64,000 nt of DNA from Terriglobia bacterium (GTDB lineage: Bacteria > Acidobacteriota > Terriglobia > 20CM-2-55-15). The stretch's first letter is position 1, and each line of letters starts with the position of its first letter. The stretch is taken from positions 64,001 through 128,000 of the forward strand of contig CBDAOY010000009.1 in assembly GCA_965198225.1 (NCBI GenBank), in the 5' to 3' direction. The notes beneath the pieces were generated by a model, which did not search any database, had not been told where the DNA came from, and saw only the letters and a list, made by a program, of their open reading frames with translations. A program made the position numbers and the translations under genes. Shown here in pieces: positions 47,773-64,000 of the stretch.

Positions 47773-49869
47773 CTACACGGGCTTGAACTCTCTTCCCTGA
47801 GCCCTGGCTACGATCTCATCGCTGATCTGCTTCGGAAGTCCTTCATAGCGGGCGAAGTGCATCGTATAGGTCGCACGGCCCTGCGTCATCGACCGGAGAT
47901 CCGTCGCATAGCCGAACATGGAAGCCAACGGAACGTGAGCTTTGATGATCTGGGTCCCCGGCCGCGCTTCCATTCCTTCGATCTGCCCACGGCGCCCGTT
48001 CAGATCCCCGATCACGTCTCCGAGGTACTCTTCAGGTAGCACGACCTCGACCTGCATCAGGGGTTCGAGCAGCACCGGGTTGGCACGCGAGCAGGCGTCC
48101 TTCAGTGCCATCGATCCGGCAATCTTGAACGCGATCTCCGAAGAATCGACGTCGTGGTACGACCCGTCGAAGAGCGTCACCTTCAGATCACGCATCTCGT
48201 ACCCTGCCAGCACACCGGCGGTCATCGCTTCCTCGATCCCCTGCTTGACCGGTTTGATGAAATCCTTCGGAATCGCTCCCCTGATGATCGCGTTCTCGAA
48301 CTCCAGTCCCACACCTGGCTTGGACGGCTCGACCGTGATCTTGACGTGACCGTACTGTCCGCGGCCACCGGTCTGGCGGATGTACTTGCCCTCGGCTTCA
48401 GCCTTCGCCCGGATCGTCTCCCTGTAAGACACCTGCGGTTTGCCGACGTTCGCGCCCACGCTGAACTCGCGCAGCATGCGGTCGACGATGACCTCGAGGT
48501 GCAGTTTTCCCATGCCCGAGATGATCGTCTGCCCGGTATCCTGGTCCGTGTGGATCCGGAAGGTTGGATCTTCCTGAGCCAGCTTGCCCAGAGCGATACC
48601 CATCTTTTCCTGGTCTGCCTTTGTCTTCGGCTCGATCGCGACCGAGATCACCGGCTCGGGGAAGTCCATCGCCTCCAGGAGAATCGGGGCTCCCTCGGTG
48701 CAGATTGTGTCTCCGGTCGTAACGTTCTTCAGTCCCACGGCAGCCGCGATATCGCCGGTGTAGATGGACTTGATCTCCTCTCGCTTGTTGGCATGCATCT
48801 TCAAGAGGCGGCCCACCCTCTCCTTCGACTCCTTAACGGTGTTGTAAACGTACGACCCGCTATCCAGGTGACCCGAGTAAACCCGGAAGAACGCCAGCTG
48901 GCCGACAAAGGGGTCGTACATGATCTTGAAAACCAAACCCGAGAATGGTTCGGAGTCGTCCGCGCGTCTCGTCAGTTCGGAGGAACGATCGGAGCTGAAA
49001 CCGATTATCGGGGGAACATCGAGGGGCGAGGGGAGGTAATCGACTACGGCGTCAAGGAGCGGCTGTACGCCCTTGTTCTTGAACGCCGAGCCACATAGCA
49101 CCGGCGTTATCTTCATCGCGATCGTCGCCTGCCGGACCGCCAGCTTCAGTTCGTCCTCAGAGATGCTTTCGCCGTGAACAAACTTCTCGAAGAGGCTCTC
49201 GTCCGCTTCGCTGGCGGCTTCAACCAGTCTCTCGCGGAGTTTTGCGACTTCCTCCCGAAGTTCCCCCGGAATCTCCTGCAATTCATACTCGGCACCAAGC
49301 GTTTCATCTCGATACACGATCGCTTTCTGCCGGATCAGATCAATCACGCCGCGGAACTCTTCCTCGTTGCCCAGGGGGCATTGGAGCGCGACCGGGTTGG
49401 CATGGAGCCGAGTCCGCATCATCTCCATGCAGTTGAAGAAATCGGCGCCCGCGCGATCCATCTTGTTCACGAACGCAATCCGGGGGACTCGATACTTGTC
49501 GGCCTGCCGCCAAACGGTCTCCGACTGCGGCTCGACGCCCCCGACGGCACAGAACACCGCTACGGCGCCGTCGAGAACGCGCAGCGACCGCTCAACCTCT
49601 GCGGTGAAATCGACGTGGCCGGGAGTGTCGATGATATTGACGCGAAAATCGTTCCAGAAGCAGGTGGTCGCCGCGGAGGTAATCGTGATCCCTCTCTCCT
49701 GCTCCTGCTCCATCCAATCCATGGTAGCCGTGCCTTCATGGACTTCGCCGAGCTTGTAGTTGATGCCTGTGTAGTAGAGAACACGCTCTGTGGTCGTGGT
49801 CTTGCCGGCATCGATATGGGCCATGATGCCGATGTTGCGTGTTTTCTCCAGTGGTACTTGTCGAGGCAT
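47773..49869 (-). CDS. fusA: Elongation factor G
   Basis: [32 protein letters not shown]. Confidence 0.99.
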   Translation of the reverse strand: MPRQVPLEKTRNIGIMAHIDAGKTTTTERVLYYTGINYKLGEVHEGTATMDWMEQEQERGITITSAATTCFWNDFRVNIIDTPGHVDFTAEVERSLRVLDGAVAVFCAVGGVEPQSETVWRQADKYRVPRIAFVNKMDRAGADFFNCMEMMRTRLHANPVALQCPLGNEEEFRGVIDLIRQKAIVYRDETLGAEYELQEIPGELREEVAKLRERLVEAASEADESLFEKFVHGESISEDELKLAVRQATIAMKITPVLCGSAFKNKGVQPLLDAVVDYLPSPLDVPPIIGFSSDRSSELTRRADDSEPFSGLVFKIMYDPFVGQLAFFRVYSGHLDSGSYVYNTVKESKERVGRLLKMHANKREEIKSIYTGDIAAAVGLKNVTTGDTICTEGAPILLEAMDFPEPVISVAIEPKTKADQEKMGIALGKLAQEDPTFRIHTDQDTGQTIISGMGKLHLEVIVDRMLREFSVGANVGKPQVSYRETIRAKAEAEGKYIRQTGGRGQYGHVKITVEPSKPGVGLEFENAIIRGAIPKDFIKPVKQGIEEAMTAGVLAGYEMRDLKVTLFDGSYHDVDSSEIAFKIAGSMALKDACSRANPVLLEPLMQVEVVLPEEYLGDVIGDLNGRRGQIEGMEARPGTQIIKAHVPLASMFGYATDLRSMTQGRATYTMHFARYEGLPKQISDEIVARAQGREFKPV

Positions 49870-49887
49870 AAGAACCTGGGATCTTCC

Positions 49888-50358
49888 CTACCAGCGGTAG
49901 TGAGCGAAGGCCTTGTTGGCTTCGGCCATCCGGTGCGTATCTTCCTTTTTCTTGATCGAACTTCCGCGGCTGTTGGCTGCGTCCAGGATCTCGCCGGCCA
50001 ACTTGTCTTCCATCGATTTCTCGCCCCGCGACCGGGCGTACCCGATCAACCAGCGGATGCTCAGGGAAGTCCGCCGCGCGGTGTTGACTTCAATCGGGAC
50101 CTGGTAGGTCGAACCACCGACCCTTCGGGACTTGACTTCCAGCACCGGCTTGACGTTCTCCACAGCCTTCTTGAACAGCTTGATAGGATCGTCGTTGGCC
50201 TTACTCTCCACGATTTTCAGCGCGCGATAGAAGATCTGTTGCGAGACGCTCTTCTTGCCGTCCCACATCATCTGGTTGACGAACTTCGTCACGAGCGTGC
50301 TGCCGTACAACGGATCAGGGAGCACTTCGCGGCGGACAATATGCGCCTTTCTGGGCAT
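49888..50358 (-). CDS. rpsG: 30S ribosomal protein S7
   Basis: [24 protein letters not shown]. Confidence 0.99.
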   Translation of the reverse strand: MPRKAHIVRREVLPDPLYGSTLVTKFVNQMMWDGKKSVSQQIFYRALKIVESKANDDPIKLFKKAVENVKPVLEVKSRRVGGSTYQVPIEVNTARRTSLSIRWLIGYARSRGEKSMEDKLAGEILDAANSRGSSIKKKEDTHRMAEANKAFAHYRW

Positions 50359-50478
50359 AGAAACCTCAAACCGGCAAACGACGGCTTCCGGACAAACGCC
50401 GGGTTCCGCCGTTGAATCAAATTTATGTAACGGATCTAATTGGGTCTATACCCGAGAAGAAGATCCCGGTAGCAGACC

Positions 50479-50853
50479 CTATCCTTTAGGCCGCTTCGCC
50501 CCGTACTTGGAGCGTGATTGCTTGCGATTCGCCACTCCAGCCGCATCCAACGTCCCACGAACCACGTGGTATCGAACACCTGGCAGGTCTTTGACGCGTC
50601 CACCGCGAATCAAGACGATAGAGTGCTCCTGGAGATTGTGTCCGATGCCCGGAATGTAGGTTGTCACTTCGATCCCGTTCGTCAACCGGACACGCGCTAC
50701 CTTGCGGAGGGCTGAATTCGGCTTTTTGGGAGTCGACGTGTATACACGGGTGCACACGCCACGCTTCTGAGGGCAGTTCTGCAGAGCGGGACTGCTCGTC
50801 TTGTACTTCGGCTTCTTTCTGCCTTGTCGAACCAGTTGGTTGAACGTCGGCAC
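50479..50853 (-). CDS. rpsL: 30S ribosomal protein S12
   Basis: [20 protein letters not shown]. Confidence 0.99.
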   Translation of the reverse strand: MPTFNQLVRQGRKKPKYKTSSPALQNCPQKRGVCTRVYTSTPKKPNSALRKVARVRLTNGIEVTTYIPGIGHNLQEHSIVLIRGGRVKDLPGVRYHVVRGTLDAAGVANRKQSRSKYGAKRPKG

Positions 50854-50921
50854 AACTTCGTTACTCCTTAAAAACTAGCGGCCTTACCTGTGAAGAATCC
50901 GTTCACAGGCGAAACTCACTA

Positions 50922-50950
50922 ATATTAGTAGATGCCCGAACGCTTGTCAA
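50922..50950 (-). promoter_or_regulatory. sigma70 promoter of the str-S10 operon
   Basis: Minus strand TTGACA-17 nt-TAATAT. Confidence 0.85.
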
Positions 50951-50963
50951 CGCTAACAGGCAC

Positions 50964-50993
50964 AAAATAAAGCGCCGGATGCTAACCGGCGCT
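50964..50993 (-). terminator. Intrinsic terminator after rpoC
   Basis: AGCGCCGG-7 nt-CCGGCGCT-TTATTTT on the minus strand. Confidence 0.8.
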
Positions 50994-51023
50994 CTGCAGA
51001 AGGGGCGTCTCTGGACGGTCGGG

Positions 51024-55193
<4,170 letters not shown>

Positions 55194-55229
55194 AGCTGTT
55201 ACCTCCAAGAAGGAGAAAAAACGAACGCT

Positions 55230-55277
55230 GTAGGTGCGCTCTACGAGCGCACATGTGCGGTCGCAGACCGCACCTAC
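55230..55277. repeat. REP doublet between rpoB and rpoC (C-type forward + G-type reverse)
   Basis: GTAGGTGCGCTCTACGAGCGCAC-AT-GTGCGGTCGCAGACCGCACCTAC. Confidence 0.9.
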
Positions 55278-55282
55278 ACTTT

Positions 55283-59554
<4,272 letters not shown>

Positions 59555-59728
59555 TTCTTGTGTTTACTCCTAAAAGCCAATCAGCCGAGCCGCGGGCGCA
59601 CTACGCCCGCAGCGTCGGCTTTCAAATTTGCGGTCAGCCGGCCGGCTTTGAAGGATGCTGTCCGAAATAATCGGATGCTGTCCGAGATAATCGATGGATG
59701 CTCCCCGCCAATCGAAGTTGTTCCCGAC

Positions 59729-60106
59729 CTACTTCACTTCGACAGTGGCGCCAGCTTCTTCGAACTTCTTTTTGACCTCTTCCGCCTCGTCTTTCGTCAC
59801 GCCTTCCTTGATCGCCTTCGGCGCGGACTCGACCAGATCCTTCGCTTCTTTCAGACCAAGGCTTGTCAGGCCCCGCACGACCTTGATAACCGCAATCTTG
59901 TTTCCGCCGAACCCGGTCAACACGACGTCGAACTCCGTCTGTTCCTCGACAGGGGCTGCGGCTCCCGCAGCCGGCCCCGCCACGGCGACCGCCGCTGCCG
60001 CAGCGCTGACACCGAACGCCTCCTCGATACCCTTGACGAGCTCGGATGCTTCCAGTAGCGACAAGCCCTTGATGTCTTCGATGATGCTTTCTACTTTGTC
60101 CGCCAT
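59729..60106 (-). CDS. rplL: 50S ribosomal protein L7/L12
   Basis: [26 protein letters not shown]. Confidence 0.99.
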   Translation of the reverse strand: MADKVESIIEDIKGLSLLEASELVKGIEEAFGVSAAAAAVAVAGPAAGAAAPVEEQTEFDVVLTGFGGNKIAVIKVVRGLTSLGLKEAKDLVESAPKAIKEGVTKDEAEEVKKKFEEAGATVEVK

Positions 60107-60210
60107 TACGTTCTCCTGATTGAATAAAAACCTGTGCCGGAAACTCAGGACGGAGCCCTGTTTCCCGCATCTATGATTGCTGGACCTAACGTGACTCCCT
60201 GGAATATCCT

Positions 60211-60738
60211 TTATTCCGAAAATTTCTTCTCTTCGACGGCCTGCCCAAGGGCCACGGCCAGGTTTCGCGCCACGGCGCTGATCGCCATCGCTGTACGTTG
60301 GGCCGGCGCGTTGATCAGGTACATCAGCTGGGCAATCAACTCGTCATGCGATGGAAGCGCGGCGATTTCAACAATCGTCGAAATCTCGACGGCACGGCCC
60401 TCGACCATCCCGGCTTTGAATTCAAGCGCCGGATTATCCTTGGCGTAGTCGCTGAGCGTCTTTGCCAAGGCGACCGGGGCGCCCGTGTTGTAGGCAATTG
60501 CGGTCGACCCGTCGAAAGTCTCCGACAATTCGGCAGCCGGCGTGCCCTCGGCCGCGAGCTTCACGAGCGTGTTCTTGACGACCCGATACTTACTGTCGGC
60601 TTCCCGCACCTTGCGCCGGAGTTCGGTGTCCTTCGCCACATCGAGCCCCTGGAACTTGACCACAACGAGGTTCTGCGCCTCGCTGAGCTCCTTTTTCAGA
60701 AACTCAACCTCTTCCTGTTTTTGCTTCTTCGATTTCAC
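60211..60738 (-). CDS. rplJ: 50S ribosomal protein L10
   Basis: VVKNTL, LPSHDEL; position in operon. Confidence 0.97.
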   Translation of the reverse strand: MKSKKQKQEEVEFLKKELSEAQNLVVVKFQGLDVAKDTELRRKVREADSKYRVVKNTLVKLAAEGTPAAELSETFDGSTAIAYNTGAPVALAKTLSDYAKDNPALEFKAGMVEGRAVEISTIVEIAALPSHDELIAQLMYLINAPAQRTAMAISAVARNLAVALGQAVEEKKFSE

Positions 60739-60780
60739 AGATCTTTCCCCTGTCGGGAGTCCTTAAGTGACTAATGACAA

Positions 60781-61473
60781 CTACTTTGCCTCCACCGAGG
60801 CCAGATCCACGTCGATACCCGGACTCATCGTCGTCGCGAACGTGACGCTTCGGACGTACTTGCCCTTCAGCGCCGTCGGCCGGGCCTTGAGTATCGACTC
60901 TGCCAAGGTGCGGACGTTCTCGACCAGTTTTTGATGGTCGAACGACACCTTGCCGAACGGGGCGTGGATGACGCCCGTCTTGTCCACGCGGAACTCGACT
61001 TTCCCTGCCTTGACCTCGGAAACGGCTTTCGCTACCTCAAAAGTGACCGTTCCGGTTTTCGGGTTGGGCATCAGGCCGCGCGGACCGAGCACCCGCCCGA
61101 GCTTGCCCACCGACTTCATCATGTCCGGCGTCGATATGCAGGCATCGAAGCCCAGCCAGCCACCCTTGATCTTCTCGACCAGTTCTTCGCCACCAACGAA
61201 TTCGGCGCCGGCCTGTTCGGCCTCTCTCACTTTTTCGCCGGAGGCGATCACGCACACTGACTTGGACTTGCCCAGACCGTTAGGCAACACGACCGTGCCA
61301 CGAACCATCTGGTCGGCGTGTTTCGGATCCACTCCCAACCGCATGTGCAATTCCACGGTCTCGTCGAAGTTGGCAAACTTGACCTTCTGGAGTGTCTCGA
61401 TCGCTTCTTCCACGGCGTAGGATCGGTCTTCGATCTGCTCAGCCGCCTTGGCGTATTTCTTGTTCTTGGCCAT
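60781..61473 (-). CDS. rplA: 50S ribosomal protein L1
   Basis: [22 protein letters not shown]. Confidence 0.99.
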   Translation of the reverse strand: MAKNKKYAKAAEQIEDRSYAVEEAIETLQKVKFANFDETVELHMRLGVDPKHADQMVRGTVVLPNGLGKSKSVCVIASGEKVREAEQAGAEFVGGEELVEKIKGGWLGFDACISTPDMMKSVGKLGRVLGPRGLMPNPKTGTVTFEVAKAVSEVKAGKVEFRVDKTGVIHAPFGKVSFDHQKLVENVRTLAESILKARPTALKGKYVRSVTFATTMSPGIDVDLASVEAK

Positions 61474-61487
61474 ACCTTCAAGCTCTC

Positions 61488-61919
61488 CTAGCCGACAACT
61501 TCCAGACCCATGCTGCGGGCAGTGCCCTTGACGATCAACATCGCCGCCTCCAGACTCGCCGCGTTGAGATCCGGCATCTTGAGCTTGGCGATTTCTTCGA
61601 TTTGTTTCTCGGTCACCTGCCCGACTATGGCCTTGTTCGGCTCGCCCGATCCCTTCGCGATGCCTGCCGAACGCTTCAGCAAAACCGCGGCCGGTGGTGT
61701 CTTCGTGATGAAGCTGAAGGAGCGGTCCGCGTACACCGTGATGACGGCTGGAATGATCAGTCCTTCCTGATCCTTGGCCGAAGTCCTGGCGTTAAAGGCC
61801 TTGCAGAAATCCATGATAGCGACGCCGTGCTGACCCAGCGCCGGACCGACCGGCGGCGCAGGTGTCGCCTTTCCCGCCGGTATCTGTAGCTTGATCTGGC
61901 CGATTACTTTCTTTGCCAT
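61488..61919 (-). CDS. rplK: 50S ribosomal protein L11
   Basis: [20 protein letters not shown]. Confidence 0.99.
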   Translation of the reverse strand: MAKKVIGQIKLQIPAGKATPAPPVGPALGQHGVAIMDFCKAFNARTSAKDQEGLIIPAVITVYADRSFSFITKTPPAAVLLKRSAGIAKGSGEPNKAIVGQVTEKQIEEIAKLKMPDLNAASLEAAMLIVKGTARSMGLEVVG

Positions 61920-61936
61920 GCCTGGTTCCCAGTGAA

Positions 61937-62488
61937 CTAGTTCTTTTCGACCTGCAGAAAGTCGAGTTCGACGGGCGTCGAACGCCCGAAAATCGTCACC
62001 ATGACTTTCAACGTGCTGCGATCATCGTTGACCTCGTCGACCACGCCCGTGAAACTCGTGAACGGACCGTCGATTATCGAGACCGTCTCGCCGTTTTCGA
62101 AGCTCAGCTTGGGCTTCGGGCGGTCGGCGGCAGCCGTCTCGACCCGGTACACTATCTGCTGCACCTCCTCATCGGACAAGGGTGTCGGACTCGATCCGGT
62201 GCCCACGAAGCCGGTCACTCGCGGGGTGTCCTTCACCAGGTGCCAGGCGTGATCGCTGGGACCTCCCGTTTCGGCCGTAGCCATTTCGACCAGCACGTAA
62301 CCGGGGTAGAACATTTTTTGAGAGATGACCCGCTTACCGCCCTTGATCTCGATGACCTCTTCGGTCGGTATCAGGACGTCACAGATCTCGTCTTCCAGCC
62401 CCAGGGCCGCGACTCTGGAGCGCAAGCTTTCGGCCACTTTGCGCTCGAATCCCGAATAGGTATGGATGATGTACCACTGCTTGGACAC
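61937..62488 (-). CDS. nusG: Transcription termination/antitermination factor NusG
   Basis: [20 protein letters not shown] motif [13 protein letters not shown]. Confidence 0.99.
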   Translation of the reverse strand: MSKQWYIIHTYSGFERKVAESLRSRVAALGLEDEICDVLIPTEEVIEIKGGKRVISQKMFYPGYVLVEMATAETGGPSDHAWHLVKDTPRVTGFVGTGSSPTPLSDEEVQQIVYRVETAAADRPKPKLSFENGETVSIIDGPFTSFTGVVDEVNDDRSTLKVMVTIFGRSTPVELDFLQVEKN

Positions 62489-62495
62489 GCCCTCG

Positions 62496-62723
62496 TTAGC
62501 CTCCAGCGAAATAATCCAGTACGCGGTTCAACCCCAGTCCAAGTACGTAGTCCACCAGGCCCAGGTAAAAACCGAATAAGAAGACCGCGATGATCACGAC
62601 AACCGTCGTGCCGACGACTTCATCCCTGTTGGGCCAGGAGACCTTCCTCATCTCGCCACGAACATCGCCGTAGAACTGCGTACTCCGTTGCGACCAGTCT
62701 TTAATCTTCTCCGCTGGATTCAT
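62496..62723 (-). CDS. secE: Preprotein translocase SecE (single TM)
   Basis: EMRKVSWP followed by one TM helix. Confidence 0.97.
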   Translation of the reverse strand: MNPAEKIKDWSQRSTQFYGDVRGEMRKVSWPNRDEVVGTTVVVIIAVFLFGFYLGLVDYVLGLGLNRVLDYFAGG

Positions 62724-62735
62724 CGATCAATGAGG

Positions 62736-62809
62736 CAGGCCAGGAGGGATTCGAACCCCCAGCATCCGGTTTTGGAGACCGGCGCTCTGCCAGTTAGAGC
62801 TACTGGCCT
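62736..62809 (-). tRNA. tRNA-Trp(CCA); 3' CCA not encoded (CCT follows)
   Basis: AGGCCAG...CTGGCCTG cloverleaf, anticodon loop CTCCAAA, canonical position before secE. Confidence 0.96.
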
Positions 62810-62851
62810 GCAATGGGAAAGCAAAATCAAATGATTCTAGCAAATTGACCG

Positions 62852-63001
62852 CTACTTCGTCTCTCGATGAACAGTGTGTTGCCGGCAACGCGGGCAATAC
62901 TTTTTCGTCTCGAGCCGTTCGGTATGTTTCTTCTTATTCTTCGTGCCGGAGTAGTTACGTTCTTTGCATTCCTTGCACTGCAGTGTGATGATGTCTCGCA
63001 T
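62852..63001 (-). CDS. rpmG: 50S ribosomal protein L33 (Zn type; missing from the ORF track)
   Basis: Manual translation [49 protein letters not shown]. Confidence 0.97.
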   Translation of the reverse strand: MRDIITLQCKECKERNYSGTKNKKKHTERLETKKYCPRCRQHTVHRETK

Positions 63002-63017
63002 CGTTCAGACCCGACAG

Positions 63018-64000
<983 letters not shown>

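Overview
GC-rich bacterial chromosome segment, most likely from an Acidobacteriota member: the 16S gene carries the Acidobacteria-type 5' signature GATCCTGGCTCAGAATC and RpoB has a Cys-rich N-terminal insert. From left to right it holds: an S9 peptidase frameshifted near its 3' end by a 92-bp duplication; tilS-ftsH-folP-cdaA-cdaR-glmM; a complete rRNA operon (16S, tRNA-Ile, tRNA-Ala, 23S, 5S); an accessory region of about 14 kb (Fpg/Nei, a deleted ECF/anti-sigma pair, cytochrome c, a truncated GCS2-CBS gene, PepE, an ECF sigma factor behind a sigma54-type promoter, a PAS-only protein, RidA, an intact IS256, a K+-dependent probable Na+-pyrophosphatase); and a contiguous minus-strand tuf-secE-nusG-rif-rpoBC-str-S10-spc-alpha supercluster. 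The protein genes are mostly ordinary. The most notable signals are non-coding: (1) a GTAG-type REP family with two compensatory subtypes that pair as hetero-doublets and sit inside the rRNA spacers and ribosomal operons; (2) heptamer tandem arrays that form inverted-arm cassettes between genes; (3) a MITE of about 270 bp at the rplQ stop codon; (4) sigma54-type promoter architecture upstream of an ECF sigma factor. All calls come from reading the sequence; no database searches were run.
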